Assembly (NCBI GenBank): GCA_030390025.1
Contig: CM059431.1
Coordinates: 119,538,001-119,602,000 of the forward strand
Length of the DNA: 64,000 bases
Direction of reading: 5' to 3'
Source: Squalus acanthias
Taxonomy: Eukaryota
Position numbers and translations under genes: made by a program
Notes under the pieces: generated by a model
The model's database searches: none
What the model was told of the DNA's origin: nothing
Seen by the model: the letters and a program-made list of their open reading frames with translations, nothing else
Shown here: in pieces, positions 44,792 through 58,633 of the stretch
How positions within the stretch are numbered: position 1 is the stretch's first letter
How the letters are laid out: every line of letters starts with the position of its first letter

Positions 44792-46502
44792 TGTAAGGGT
44801 TGCGACGTGTCTCTCAGAGACGGTGCTGGTGCGAGGTTAGGCCTTCATTGCCTAATACTGTTGCTTGCTCTGGTCTCCGGCCAGCCTTATTGCAATAAGC
44901 ACCTGTGAGTGGTTCGACCCACTCACCCTTACGGTTCTAACACTGGACTTAGGTGCAGGGAGCAGTAATGCAGAGAAAAACACAAATAGACCCGGTTGAA
45001 TAGTACGAAATGGAAATCTTTATTGCATAGCGTCCAAAATCATGAAGTACATGTCATAGGCGCAAATTACCGAGAGTACAAGTATACATACATTCATAAA
45101 GCTTGGTAAATGACTCATCTTACAATTTAAGGAATTATGCTTTAAACTCTTCACTGCACAATTAAATATTCTTTTTGAACTTGGGTTGTTAATCTCTGTT
45201 CACATCAATTGAGTTCATTAACCTTAATAACCACTCTCCCTTAACAATACCTACACTACGTCTAGATCAGTAGGATCTGGAAACATGCTCACCACTCGTG
45301 TCACTTCGGTGATTTTTAAAGTGAGGCACTCGGCTCGTTTCGCAGCAGCGCCTGACTGTCACGTGTTTGAAAGGGTCTCTGTACCACACTTGTTTATTTT
45401 CGCTGCTGCGACAAGCAGGCCAGACTCCCTGTTGTCATGAAGAAATCGACAGAACTCGGACACAGTTCAAAGAAGAGTCTTCCTGTGCTCGACACCGGTT
45501 GTCGGTAGACTTCAATGAAAAGTTCTTTATTTATATTTTCGGGCGCGGTCGGTGTTTACTGACCGTGGCGGCACGTGGTTTTTCTTCTCGTCTTCTTCTC
45601 GTCTTCTTCTCCTCGGGCCTCCGTGTCCAGACACCGTTTACCGACACTCGGGATGGTGCACCCTGTTACTTGCCCTTGTTGGGGCGGCTCGTTCCAAGTG
45701 AGCTCCACCCAACATTCGAATAACCGACCAGTACGGCTAAGAGTCAAGAGTCCACAAAGTCCAGAGAGAAAACCAAAAGCTCACCAGTCAAGCGAGTCCA
45801 TGAAGCGGCAAGCAAAAAAGAGTTCAGCAGTCAGCAGCGAGATAAGAGAATAAGAGACCGATGGACATTTGTTCACTATAGTTATAGTGCTGTGTTCCCT
45901 TATCTCCCGCTCAAATCTTAATGTTTGTCCTTTGTGTAATATTGGTGCTCAAAACTCCCAGCATGGGGCGCTTCTTCTCTTTAACGGGTTTCGGTAGCAC
46001 CTGAAACTGGCCAACTATCCGTTAATGTTTTCCCCATTGTTGACCCAGCCAGGATCGTATGAATCGTCTCCCTGACTGGTTTTGGGGGCCCCCAAATACT
46101 TGCTTAATCACCCGTCGATGTCTCTCTCATTGTAGAGCCGTGGGGGTATTTGCGTATTGATGTGTCTGGATGGGCCTTCGATTGCCAAGTACAATGGTCC
46201 TTACTTGTGCATGGAAAACAATTCCAGCACTTATATCTTTGCTATTGTTCCAAAATGCAAACAGGTTGCATCCTGTCTTTATCAATGTTTACCGAGTATG
46301 ATCCAATCTTATATTGAATGTTTATTCGACGCCATCTTGTCTGCCCACTGTATTTCTGGAAGCTTCTGCCACGATGCTCGGTGGCCATTTTACAGGCTTC
46401 TGTGTCCTTTATTATCAGGACAGCATTTCGTTTAATAAAACTGATCAAACAAATCTGCTTCTCTTGTGTTATTTTGAATCGCGATAATTGCGAAACTTTA
46501 CA
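44792..46502 (-). mobile_element. Solo LTR, same family as 26651-28374
   Basis: TG...CA, TSD AGGT; colinear with 26651-28374 apart from indels. Confidence 0.92.
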
Positions 46503-46805
46503 AGGTGTTGGAGAGCATTGGCTAGTTTTCTAGCTTAGCGTGAATGCAGCATAGCAACTCACCTTGCTACAAGTTGTGAAGATGTCGACATTAAAATACT
46601 AATTCTTAAAGGTCATCATTTCTGAGTTTTAGTTTTTTAAAGGAAAGTGAATATCATGTTAATATCACTAGACTATTCAATTTATAAACTGGGATAGAAA
46701 GCATGTATTGAAAATTGCAAATGTTCAAAATTTGCCACACAATTTGCTCTGAATGTTGATATAATTTTAATTTACTTGTATTATATGTCTATATAAAGGG
46801 ACTAT

Positions 46806-47618
46806 GGCCGAGAAAATGGGATATAGGGAATGTTCCCTGTGTCGGAATGGGTAGGTCTGATGCCCAACCAATTTCAGGCCTTGGGCCTCATTTACATCAA
46901 ACTTTTTCAATTTTGGCTGCTGCGTCACTGGCGAAGGCCTTCGGGTAGGTCTTGGAAGGGGGCAAGCAGTGGTGAGGGAAGGGGGGTGCCAAGGAGTGGG
47001 GTAGAAGTGATCGGGAGCGAGGGGAGCACCCAGGAGGGGGAGCGGGGAAACGTGATTGGGAGGAAGGGACTGGGACAGGGGAAAAGTGACTGACAGGGAG
47101 GGGATCGAGAGAGGGAGGTAGGCAGTGACCTGGAGAGCGAGGGGAGTCCGCAATCCTAGGGATGATGCATTAAGCCGGTGAGTTGCAGATGCCTGCTGGG
47201 CGCTCCTAGGCAGCTCACCGATCAACAGGATTTCAATTTTGGACGGTAGCATCGAAGGTAGGATCTGGGTGATGGGAGAATTCATCGGGGGAGAAGGGGG
47301 GCACTCAGGAGAGGGGGGTGGAAGTCATCGGGAGGGAAGGGGGCAATCTGGGGAAGGGTTGAAGCGATTGTGAGGGACGGGGGGCACTGAGAGTGTGGAG
47401 GAAGTGATTGGGAGGAAGGGAAGGGGAAATTGGTGTCCAGCAATAGACTTCGTCATTGCAGTGGAGGCGGGAGGAGCTTCTTTTTCTGCCTATACCAATA
47501 TGACGGGTGACACACTTCTGGCTCAATATGCATGCACACACATCGCTTGACATATTGGACACTTTTGCGCCCATTTAACATCTGTAAAACAGGTGGAGCA
47601 TCATCCAATTTCTAGGCC
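46806..47618. mobile_element. MITE-like element with a G-rich interior
   Basis: Imperfect TIR GGCCGAGAAAATGG / CCAATTTCTAGGCC; TSD unclear. Confidence 0.55.
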
Positions 47619-48260
47619 TCCATATCTATATATATCTGGAAATTCATGAGAATAAATTTATGACACCTAACCATTACATGCTTGAGTTTTCTCAGAATTT
47701 GAATTCAATGACGGATGACCACTGCCCCTTCATCAGTTTCTTGGGGGACAGAGCTCCATCCTTGACATTTATGTTCTCTAGCCCATAACTCTCAGTGCAG
47801 AAGAAAGCCATTTGGTCTATTGTGTCTATCCCAGTGCTAGCTCCACATCAGATATATCTACCCTAATCCACTTCCGCTGCTCTTTCCCCATATCTTTAAT
47901 ACTTTTTCTTCTTCAAGTGTTTATTTAATGCCTTCTTAAATGTATGATTGGTTCAGCTTCAGTAGCAATATGCAGTAATGCATCCCATATTCTAATAACT
48001 GTTAAAATGTTATCTACAGTACAGCAATTCCGATCAGGTCATTAAATTGTCTAATATATCTCTGGTAATATGCAATATTTTGCTGGCACTTTAGTCCTCC
48101 TGCTCAAGCTTGTCAATGCCCTGAAGGGTTATGTGTTGGTGTACGTGATGCAGTTAGCATGCATTCACCCATAGACTGCTGGCAGGTCTAGTGAAATTAC
48201 GAGAACTCGTTTCAACCGTCTTCTGTGTTTTCAGCTTCTGCACTGGAATGTTGAAGCAAA

Positions 48261-49385
48261 TCATAGAATCATAGAATCATAGAATGGTTACAGCACGAAA
48301 GAAGGTCATTCGGCCCATCGAGCCCGTGCCAGCTAGTCCCACTCCCCCGCCCATTCCCCGTAGCCCTGCAATTTTTTTTCCTTCAGCTACTTATCCAACT
48401 CCCTTTTGAAAACCACGATTGAATCTGCCTCCACCGCCCTTTCAGGCAGTGCATTCCAGATCCTAATCGCTCACTGAGTAAAAAGGTTTTTCCTCATGTC
48501 GCCTTTGGTTCTTCTGCCAATCACCTTAAATCTGTGTCCTCTGGTTCTCGACCCTTCTGCCAATGGGAACAGTTTCTCTCTATCTACTCTGGCCAGACCC
48601 CTCATGATTTTGAACACCTCTATCAAATCTCCTCTTAATCTTATCTGCTCTAAGGAGAGCAACCCCAGCTTCTCCAGTCTATCCACGTAACTAAAGTCCC
48701 TCATCCCTGGAATCATTCTCGTAAAACCTTTCTGCACCCTCTCTAAGGCCTTCACATCCTTCCTAAATTGCAGTGCCCAGAATTGGACAAAATACTCCAG
48801 TTGAGGCCAAACCAGTGTTTTATAAAGGTTCATTATAATTTCCACGCTTTTGTACCCTATTCCTCAATTCATGAAGCCCAGGATCCCGTAAGTTTTTTTA
48901 ACTGTTTTCTCAACCAGCCCTGCCACCTTCAACAATTTATGTACATATACCCCTAGGTCTCTCTGTTCGTGCACCCCTTTTAGGATTGTACCTGTTAGTT
49001 TATATTTCCTCACTTCATTCTTTCTACCAAAATGTATCACTTCGCACTTTTCTGTGTTAAATTTCATCTGCCACCTCTCTGCCCATTCCACCAGCCTTTC
49101 TGTGTCCTCTTGACGTCTATCATTATCCTCCTCACTGTTCACTATACTTCCAAGAGTTGTGTCATCTGCAAATTTTGAAATTGTGCCCTGTACACCCACA
49201 TCCAAGTTATTAATATATATCAAGAAAAACAGTGGTCCTAGAACCGACCCCTGGGGAACACCACTGTATACCTTCCTCCAGTTCGAAAAACAACCGTTCA
49301 CCACAACTCTCTGTTTCCTGTCACTTAGCCAATTTTGTATCCATGCTGCCACTGTCCCTTTTATTCCATGGGCTTCAACTTCAAC
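48261..49385 (-). mobile_element. CR1 LINE 3' fragment
   Basis: GVPQGSVLGP, FADD, LERVQKGFTRMIP; (ATCATAGA)n tail at 48260-48285. Confidence 0.92.
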
Positions 49386-50525
49386 AAACACTATTATTAC
49401 TGTAACAAAGTTACTCAAATGTCAGGAGCAGCTTTAAATTGTAATATTAACTTTAAATTACACAAGCAGTATTTAGAAAACAATTTTACTTAAAACTAGT
49501 TTGTCTCCAGTGGCTTGCCAATAGATTTGTTTGGATTGAGTGCTTAACTCTTGTCTTTCCCTGTGGCAGGAGGTCTCTGAACATGGGGGGCCAGGATTCT
49601 ACTCCCGTTGGGGGGTTTGCAATGGGGAGGTCCTAACATCTGCCAACATGAAACCACAATTAGTCCACCTCAATTTATGCCCAGAACCCTCATTCGCCAT
49701 GGAGGGTAGTTTGGATGCCACGAAACAGACCTTCTTTGGATTACTGCCACTGGCAGGATGGGAAATATAGTTTGGTTGTGGCCGTTAAAAGGCTACAACT
49801 AGTTAATAGGCAATATCAATTTTCAGCAAGACAGCAGAGGACCAGCAGCCTCGGGGTTGTCAGCAGCTGAAAGGCTGTATCAGTGGAGGTGCTGCTGAAA
49901 GAACTGAGGATCAGTCGGGACCATCTGATGGGCACTGAAAGCAAGAGGCCACATTGGCGGGTGGTGTAGGCTGCCTGGAAGAAGATGGCAGAGTCACTTT
50001 CTACCATCCCAAGAACTATACAATGTAAGAAGACATCCTATGACCTCAAAAACATGGCCAAGGTAATTCAAGGCTCTGGTGCCAAGCTACATCCTTTACC
50101 ACACAGACAGCTTCACTCATCACTTTACTTATCATACTGTTTATTTCACAGTGCCTGTGTGTCAGGAAACTCAATTCTGCTAAAGGCAATCTGTTCAAAC
50201 ACTTCTCTTCATCATGCCATGCATGATTTGACATGGGCAAAGTCTCCATCACACTCGCAGCATGTAACTTTTCTTTTCAACCTCCCAAAGGAAAAAGGGC
50301 ATAGAACTAGCATCACAGAAACACAATTGGGTGAAAACCCTGAAACAACAGGAAGAGGGGTTGTCACATTTCATAGGCAGGTGAACAAGAGGGCCTGTAG
50401 GAGAAGGCAATGTTGGATGTGAGCTGGCAAAAGAACATTGGTAAATACTGATCAAGGCTCATCATACATAGTCTCAGCTTCTTGTAACTTCTTAAAGTAT
50501 TGCAATTCCTCTAAACTCATCCACT

Positions 50526-51370
50526 GGCCGCGATTTTATTAATGGAGGCAGCTTGGGTGCGGGACAGCTGGTTTCCGGCTTCCACTCCCGCCCCCAGCTG
50601 CATCTGCTCCATAGACGTGATTTTCCCTTGATTGACCTTGTTAATCCCGTCCTGTGGGCTTGCCGGCCAATTAACAGGAAGCCGGTCTGATGGCGTCATT
50701 TGATGACAAGTCATCTGCCGGTTTCCTTAAAGGGACCATGCACAATTTTATTTTGACAGTTGATTTTCAGTGTTTGACAGCGTTGAGATGCTGAAAACAC
50801 TGACAATCACTGCACAAAGGTGACCTCTTGTACCCAGGCTCTCCAATGACTCCCTCTATTGGCTGGAATAGATGGCAGCTGCAGCTGAGGTGACAGAAGC
50901 AATCTATCACTGGTGAGAGAGATTCTCCCAATGAGGTGGCACTGGACATGGATTTAAAAACTTGTAAGCTAAAGAAATGCAGTAACCAACATTTTCTTTC
51001 CTCTGAAACTCACCATGTGCAACATTGGATCCTTCACACCACTTCTGCAGCTGCCATCATTCCACAAACATTACAGCAGATTCACAACACGCCACACTTA
51101 CCTGGCGTGGTGTCCAGACGTCGGAAAGCCAACCCAGAAGTGGAAAAATCCAAAAATAGGCTGACAACTACTGGCAAGTACCTGTTACCAGGCAGATAAT
51201 TGCCTTTAATCCGCTTCCCACCGCTAGGTGTCGGGTCCATTCGCAAATCGGGGACCCGACACTTGGGAAAGCTGTTTGGAGGCAGGTTGATGGTGGGTTC
51301 GGGACCCGCCGTCAATCAATTGCACTTTAACCTCTGACCCGCCTCTCTGAGCACCGACATAACCGCGACC
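50526..51370. mobile_element. MITE family C, inverted
   Basis: Reverse complement of 42493-43367; TSD ACT. Confidence 0.85.
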
Positions 51371-52577
51371 ACTATTTCTTCAAGCGTAAATGTTACTGTG
51401 TACACAGCTAAACAAGCTCTTCTGTCTTTCACATCATAGTGGCTGCTTTAGAGGAAAGAGGCCAACCACTCTGATGGCCACCAGGACACTTACAGTGCTG
51501 TCACGTTCTCACCAATACCATATTGGCATGTGACCGATGCAAGCACCAGGCCAGAAACATCCACTTGCAAGAAATTAATTTGTCAATCAGAAGAGTCGTC
51601 ACTGGGTGAGCCACTGAGCACTAGCGAGAGGGAGGATGTTGGAGTAGAAGAGCGAGAGTGCCATTCCTCCATGGAGGGGGGGAAAAATGACTATGCTCGA
51701 CTGAAGAGCCTCGGGACCCATATCTCAGCGGTCCATTCAGGTGCATTAATCTCATGTGAAGGCAGTGGAGATGGTTTCTGCACATATGGTTGAGCCGATG
51801 GTTAAGTGAGAGGAGTCCACTACCCACATCTGCAACACATTGCAAGAAGTTTCTCATGATCTCAGCACACTGTGGAGATCCTGGGGAATTGTTGCAGCAT
51901 CAAAATGCCAGGAAGAGCTTTGAAGGACATTGCTGACTTCTGGAGTAGCAGCTACCAATGCATCAATAGATACTTTGAACAGAACACTTTCACATGGGAC
52001 TCAATGGGACTATTTAGTCTTTGATAACACCGACCAATAGCACTTCTGTCCCTGTGCCCAGCACCGGTGGGCTGTCAGGAGTAAGTACAGAGTCATCTCA
52101 GATCTCTGAGGCTCACGGGGAACCACCCCAGCATCCATTGCTCAACCACACCTCATTGGTGTGGTAGATCAGGAACACAAATAAGTAAATTAGCTGGCAC
52201 AAAGGATAATCACAGTGTTAAGAAAAAATTATGGAAAGGGAGAATATACTTTGTTGGCACTTCCTGGTGAATGTTATTGTTTCAAGTAAAGTTAGCTTAA
52301 TCATATAGAGATGTGAGTTTATTTCTATGCTTGCTTTCAACTTTTACGCTGTTGGATGATGGCAGGAGAAATGTAGACTTCTTTCTTAAGAAGGACCTTG
52401 GCAGAAGTTATAGAAAATGAGGGGCTTTGTGAAAGAGTGTGAGCGGAGAAGAGGCTGGTGAGAAGTAACTTTATTTGATGTGTTAACCTCTATTTATTGA
52501 AAGTCCTGGGCTCTTATTTGCCCCCTCCTTGATCTAGTAGCTGGATGCTGGCTTTGCTGTTCCACTTCCTCTCGTCC

Positions 52578-53745
52578 CTTTGTCTTCCCATTTCACCAGT
52601 CTGTCTATGTTCTCCTGAAGCCTGTTACTATCCTCTTCATTGTTTACTACATTTCCGAGTTTTGTATCATCTGCAAACTTTGAAATTATGCCCTGTATAC
52701 CCAAATTCAGGTCATTAATATATATCAAAAATTGCAGTGGTCCTAATACCGACCCCTGGGGAACACCACTATATACCTCCCTCCAATTTGAAAACAACCA
52801 TTCATCAGTACTCTCTGCTTTCTGTCCCTTAGCCAATTTTGTATCCAGGCTGCCACTGTCCCTTTAATCCCATGGGCTTTAATTTTGCTAACAAGTCTAT
52901 TATGTGGTACTTTTAGCAAATGCCTTTCGAAAGCCCATATAAACAACTTCAACCGCATTACCATCATGAAACCTCTTCATTACTTCATCAAAGAACTCAA
53001 TCAAGTTAGTCAAACATGATTCGCCTTTAACAAATCTGTGCTGACTTTCATTTATTAGCCCATACTTTTCCAAGTGCCAATTAATTTTGTCCCGAATTAT
53101 TGTCTGTAAAAGATGTTTCCCCACCACTGACGTTAGACTGACTGGCCTGTAGTTGTCGGGATTACCCCTCTCCCCTTTTTTGAAGAGGGGTGTAACATTT
53201 TCAATCCTCCAGGCCTCTGACACCAGCTCCATATCTAAGGAGGATTGGAAGATTGTGGCCAGAGCCTCCGCAATCTCCACCATTACTTCCCTCAGTAACC
53301 TGGGATGCATCCCATCTGGACTGGGTGACTTTTCTATTTTGAGTACTGCCAACCTTTTAAGCACATCTTCTTTATTTATTTTTATCCTATCCAATATCGC
53401 TACTGCCTACTTCTTTACTGTTACATTGGCAGCATCCTCTTCTCCAGTGAAGACAGATGCAAAGTACTAATTTAATACCTGAGCCATGCCCTCCACAAGA
53501 AGATCTCCTTTTTCATCCTATTTGGCTCCACCCTTCCTTTGACTATCCTTTTACTATTTATATGTATAAAAAAGACTTTTTGGTTCCCTTTTATATTAGC
53601 TGCTAATCTTATCTCATACTCTCTCTCTGCTCCTCTTATTGCCTTTTTTAGATCTCCTCTGTACTTTCATTATTCAGCTTTTGTTCTCTACTGTATTATG
53701 AATCTTACATTTGTCATAAACCTCCTTTTTCTATTTTAATCTCTA
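52578..53745 (-). mobile_element. CR1 LINE internal fragment (likely continues at about 54755-54975)
   Basis: NYRPVSLTSVVGK, GVPQGSVLGP, FADD. Confidence 0.88.
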
Positions 53746-54750
53746 TGGGGGCCAATTTGGTGAAAGGGTGAAAACAGGCACTAATTGGGTGCTGTGCTAA
53801 AATGACATGTTTGTTTGAAAGTCTGGTTTTAGTGTGCAATTTTGGACCCAATTGCTGATTACCATAATTTGAACTTGCCTGGAGGCCCTAAAACAGACAC
53901 CTGCAGGGTTAGCACTCAAGCGCTGATTAGTAGCAATTTTATGGAGCAGAATATGTGGGTTTCATGCACCTACTTCCACTGAAGGTGTGGAGTGTGCTGG
54001 CTGACACACAATGGCAAACTTCAGTATGGCTCAGGGATCGAGGGAGAGGGCTCACAGGATCTTGGACGCAGCACTGGAGGTCCTGGTGGAGGAGGTCAAA
54101 TGGAGTAGGGTTGTCCTGTACCCACGGGGATGGGGGGAAGGAGTCCACCTCGTCCTCCTGTCCCTCTCTCCTGCAGCAACTGCCTGGCCTCATGTCCTCC
54201 TCCCATTCCTCTTGCAAACCATGAGGGACCCCTAGAAAGATGCCCATGACCAAGCACTCCTTTTCTCCTGGTGATTCCTATAAGGTGTCCAATATGGTAG
54301 AGTAGCACAGCACTTATTCTTTTTAGGTGAAGTCTTCAGAGAATTTCCGGAATAAAGTTTGATAGCGTGTTAGTGAATTCTTGACAAACTGTCCCAGAAA
54401 GTCTCCCGATGTGCTTCAAAGGTCCTCTTTAAATCTCCAGCAGAAAGTGAACAGTGAAAGCTGAGTAAGACTTTAAGTATCGCTCTAAATTCTCAGCGAC
54501 GACTAGTTTACTCCCAAACAGATGGTCGTTGTTAGGAGAGGGCATTAGTTCAAGCGCTTGACACCAAAATGCCGTGCAGTCTCTTTAATGAGCGCGAGCA
54601 GCCAATTTAAGTGGCAATCAGCCCCTTAACGATCCGCCGAGCACCCATTCCTTGCGTGCATTTCAAATCCTTTACCAAGATGGTGTCTTGCGCTAAATGC
54701 AGGCTAAACTGGCGTTCAGCTCATGACCCCCATCTTCGCACTTGAGGTAT
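53746..54750 (+). mobile_element. PIF/Harbinger non-autonomous derivative with a Myb/SANT-like ORF start
   Basis: MAQGSRERAHRILDAALEVLVEEVKWSRVVLYP (54027 onward); interrupts the CR1. Confidence 0.65.
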
Positions 54751-55078
54751 CTTGGCAAAATCATCTCCACTATCTTTAGTCATCCAGGGAGCTCTAGCTT
54801 TGGATGCCCTTCCTTTTCCCCTTGTGGGAATGTGCCAATTCTTTACCCGAACCATCACCTATTTGAAGGCCTTCCATTGTTTAATTACTGCTTTTCCACC
54901 AATTTTGATTCCAATCTACCTGGGCCTGATCCCTTTTCAACTCACTGAAATTAGCCCTCCTCCCGTTCAGTATTTTTACGCTTCAACAGCAATAATTTTG
55001 TCAATCAAAAGCAGAAGTCTGAAAATTGACAGGGTCACCTTGTGGACATGGTTAGGTCAACTTGTTATGTATTTCTAC

Positions 55079-56781
55079 TGTAAGGTTTCCAAAAATTTAC
55101 AGATCCCCAAAACCTAAGGAAAAAGGACTTAGGAACTACCTCAGAGTGATAAAAATGCATTTGGGCCTAACCTATGGAATATAAGAACAAAAACCAAGTT
55201 TGGGCATTTTAAGGGCTGTAAAGGGAGAAAAGGCTGTGAAGGAAGTTGGGTTCAACCTCTGTAAAAGCAGTTTGGGTATTGCAGTTAATTGCATTGTCTG
55301 GGGAACTGGGATGACCTCACTCAAAGCCCCAGCATGCATTAACATTTTGACAATAGACCCTAGGAGAAGACAGTCCCACCCAAAACAATAGGTCCCATCA
55401 AACCGATTATAGGGCCCATCAAGAAACATGCATAATACAGAGAACCCAGGACTAGGCTACAGATCAGCCTAGGAACCCAAAACACAAAACCAATCACCAG
55501 CAATCAGCCAAGAAGATCGACAGGATGCAAACCATCCCAGAAACCCATTTGACACTTACAGAGCAGTTACTGGTAGCAGGCCCGCCAAATTCAGACAATG
55601 AACTGAACAGATTTGGCGGGTAGATAAGGCCATGTTCAATGGGTCAGATTGAAGACCTGTTAAAACCCAGTTAACGTGCTAGTAAATCATTACCGATTTA
55701 CGAGCCTGCCAAAACTAGACAATGAACTGAACAGATTTGGTGGGTAGATAAGGCCACTTCAATTCAGTATAATTGAAGGCCCACCAAGCACACAGCGAGG
55801 GAGCTAGCTAGAAGAGAGAGAAACAACACAGTCCAGCGTTCGTTGGGTCGAGCAGTCAGTCGCAACTGGTGGTCATCAGAAGGAGGAGAGACCAAGAAGA
55901 AGAAGGCCCGAGCTGGAAGCGAGTCGGCATCGCTCACCACTCAGACACACCTGAGTCCAGCTCGCGAAGAAACCACCTTGACGGACCCCCAACAACGGCC
56001 CCAACACAGCCACCCGGAGCAACAAGCAGCAACAAGTCACCGATGGCTCCACGAGGTCGACCGACACCCCAACCAAGGCCTAAAGCCATCGTGGAAACCA
56101 AAGGCCTCACGAAACCAACAACCGCGCATTACCCCCAACTGATCGGGTAATCGCAGGCCACTGCGACCAACAAAGACCAACTCCAGGGAAGAAAACTCGA
56201 AGATTCACAAAGTTTCCACACTACAAACTACTCCTGACTTACCCCTGGGTAAGATTTTCCCCAAAGACTCTAAGCCCTACTGCTCAACTAAAGGAATTGG
56301 GTACTCACCAGATAAATCCATAACGACATCCTACCGCATCAGCGGACTCGCGAAGACTGACCAGAGACCCAGGTGAAGTCCTCTACCGCATACCGGGTAC
56401 GGCAGACACTAACCACCATAAACAGCGAACCCCAAAACCGCGATTTAGCCCAACTGTCAAAGGATTGGTGAGCATTATCCCTGGTCCTTCAAAACCTAAC
56501 TTAGCTAGTAAAGTGGGGTTGGGACGGGGTGAAGTATTGTTCTACTGTCATTTCCCTCGCTTGTACCGAAGTGTTCCCCACCTTTAGAGTGATAAGAGTG
56601 TTGTTATTTGTGTCTTACCTTTTAATAAAGATTGAAGTTCTTTCATCAAACTCAGTTGTCTGCTGCACCTTTTGTATCACAACCCCCAAATAAGTCCAAG
56701 GTCTAGAACCAACGGAGTGGGAGCGATTCGAACCGCTCAGAAGTCAGAGGTAAAGCTGACACAAAAACACCACCCCCTACA
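55079..56781 (+). mobile_element. Solo LTR of a third, more divergent related family
   Basis: TGTAAGGTTTCC...CCCCCTACA, imperfect TSD CTAC/TTAC; shares GGTGAGCAT, AATAAAGATT and AAGTCCA..GTCTAGAACC..GATTCGAACC with the provirus LTR. Confidence 0.8.
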
Positions 56782-57404
56782 TTACACATCAAAAGAAGGT
56801 GGGACGTTTTACAAACCAATCATATCATTAACAACTCACAGGGAAAGTTCTTACTAGAATATGTAAAGTAGCTTGCTGTTCAATAAGGGTTAACATTTTC
56901 CTTCAGTAGAACATTATGCTCTTTTAATAAAAGCGGGACTTTCTTGTCTATTTAATGTTGCTTCTTTATCATCACTGAAGGTAAAACCAATTATTAAGAA
57001 GATAGCTTTGCATAATGTAATGTAATTTCCTTGTCGCCTTTCTCGATATTTGGTTATTTGCCCATGGAAGGAGTTTGGTCTAATTTATATTAAAATAATG
57101 CTATTAAGTCAAATCTAGCTCAAAAGGGATTTAAATCTCCATGTTAGCCAAAGGCTGGGGGATGTGGATTAAATCTGGATAAACCAATTTGTGAAGTTCC
57201 GCCTCCTCCATTCCATTTCAACTTTGAGATGATGGAAGTCATTTGGACATTCTTGCAAATTATCTACACGGATCAAGTGCTGAAATGGTCTACTCATATG
57301 GGAATAACAGGAGTTAAGTTCTAGGAACCTCAACCTGGGGTGTTAGCCAGTTTATTTGGTAAGCCTACTGGTTAATCCTTGGGCAGGGCCAGACCAAACT
57401 TCCT

Positions 57405-58122
57405 CTAAGGTTCTTCCCTGCCCTAGCCCTGAATTCGCATCTTTCTCCAGTTTCTCTCCGATCTCCCCTCATGATCTCTCCGTGCTTACCCATGACACAC
57501 ACTTCCTTCTCCCTTGACCCTATGCCCTTCGCTGCCTCTGCCTCAGCTCATTTGCTGCTGAAACCCTCATCCATGCCTTTGTTACCTCTAGACATGACTA
57601 TTCCAACACACTCCTGGCTGGCCTCCCACATTCTACCCTATGTAAACTTGAGGTCATCCAAAACTCTGTTGCCCATGTCCTAACTCGCACCAAGTCCCAT
57701 TCACCCATCATGCCTATGCTCGCTGACTTTCATTGGCTCCCGGTTAAGCAATGCCTCAATTGTAAAATTCTCATCCTTGTTTTCAAATCCTTGCCCCTCC
57801 CTATCTCTGTAATCTTCTCCAGCCCCACAACCCCCGAGATATCTGTGCTCCTCTAATTCTGGCCTCTTGAGCATCCCTGATTTTAATCGCTCAACCATTG
57901 GTGGCTGTGCCTTTTGTTGCCAAGGCCCGAAGCGCTGGAATTCCCTCCCTAAATATCTCCGCCTCTCTACCTCTCTTTCATCCTTACCTGTTTGACTAAG
58001 CTTTTGATCATCTGCCCTAATTCCTCCTTATGTAGCTCGGTGTCAAATTTTGTTTTATAACTCTCCTGTGAAGCGTCTTGAAACTAAGTTTTACTACGTT
58101 AAAGGCTCTATATAAATACAAG
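57405..58122 (+). mobile_element. L2-type LINE 3' fragment with an internal deletion
   Basis: Matches 35920-36500 (GCTGAAACCCTCATCCATGCCTTTGTTACCTCTAGAC) and 26030-26100. Confidence 0.8.
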
Positions 58123-58633
58123 TTTTTTTTTCATTATTTGTTCATGGGATGTGGGTGTCGCTGGCAGGGCCAGCATTTATTGCCCATCCCTAGTTGCCCT
58201 TGAGAAGGTGGTTATGAGCTGCCTTCTTGAACCGCTGCAGTCCGTGTGGTGAAGGTACTCCCACACTGCTGTTAGGGAGGGAGTTCCAGGATTTTGACCC
58301 AGCGACGATGAAGGAACTGCGATATATTTCCAAGTCAGGATGGTGTATGATTTGGAGGGGTACTTGGAGGTGGTGGTGTTCCATGTGCCTGCTGCCCTTG
58401 CCTTTCTAGGTGGTAGAGGTCACGGGTTTGGGAGGTGCTGTCGAAGAAGCCTTGGCGAGTTGGTGCTGTGCATCTTGTAGATGGTACACACTTCCGGCCT
58501 GGTAAGCTGGTGGTGGAGGGAGTGAACGTTTAAGGTGGTGGATGGGGTGCCAGTCAAGCGGGCTGCTTTGTCTTTGATGGTGTCGAGCTTCTTGAGTGCT
58601 GTTGGAGCTGCACTCATCTAGGCAAGTGGAGAG
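58123..58633 (-). mobile_element. 3' end of the same LINE family as 20590-23047
   Basis: MSAAPTALKKLDTIKDKAARL; reverse complement of 22550-23047. Confidence 0.85.

Noticed and set aside
44399..44908. 169-aa ORF
   Set aside because: Chimeric frame running from unique DNA into an antisense solo LTR.
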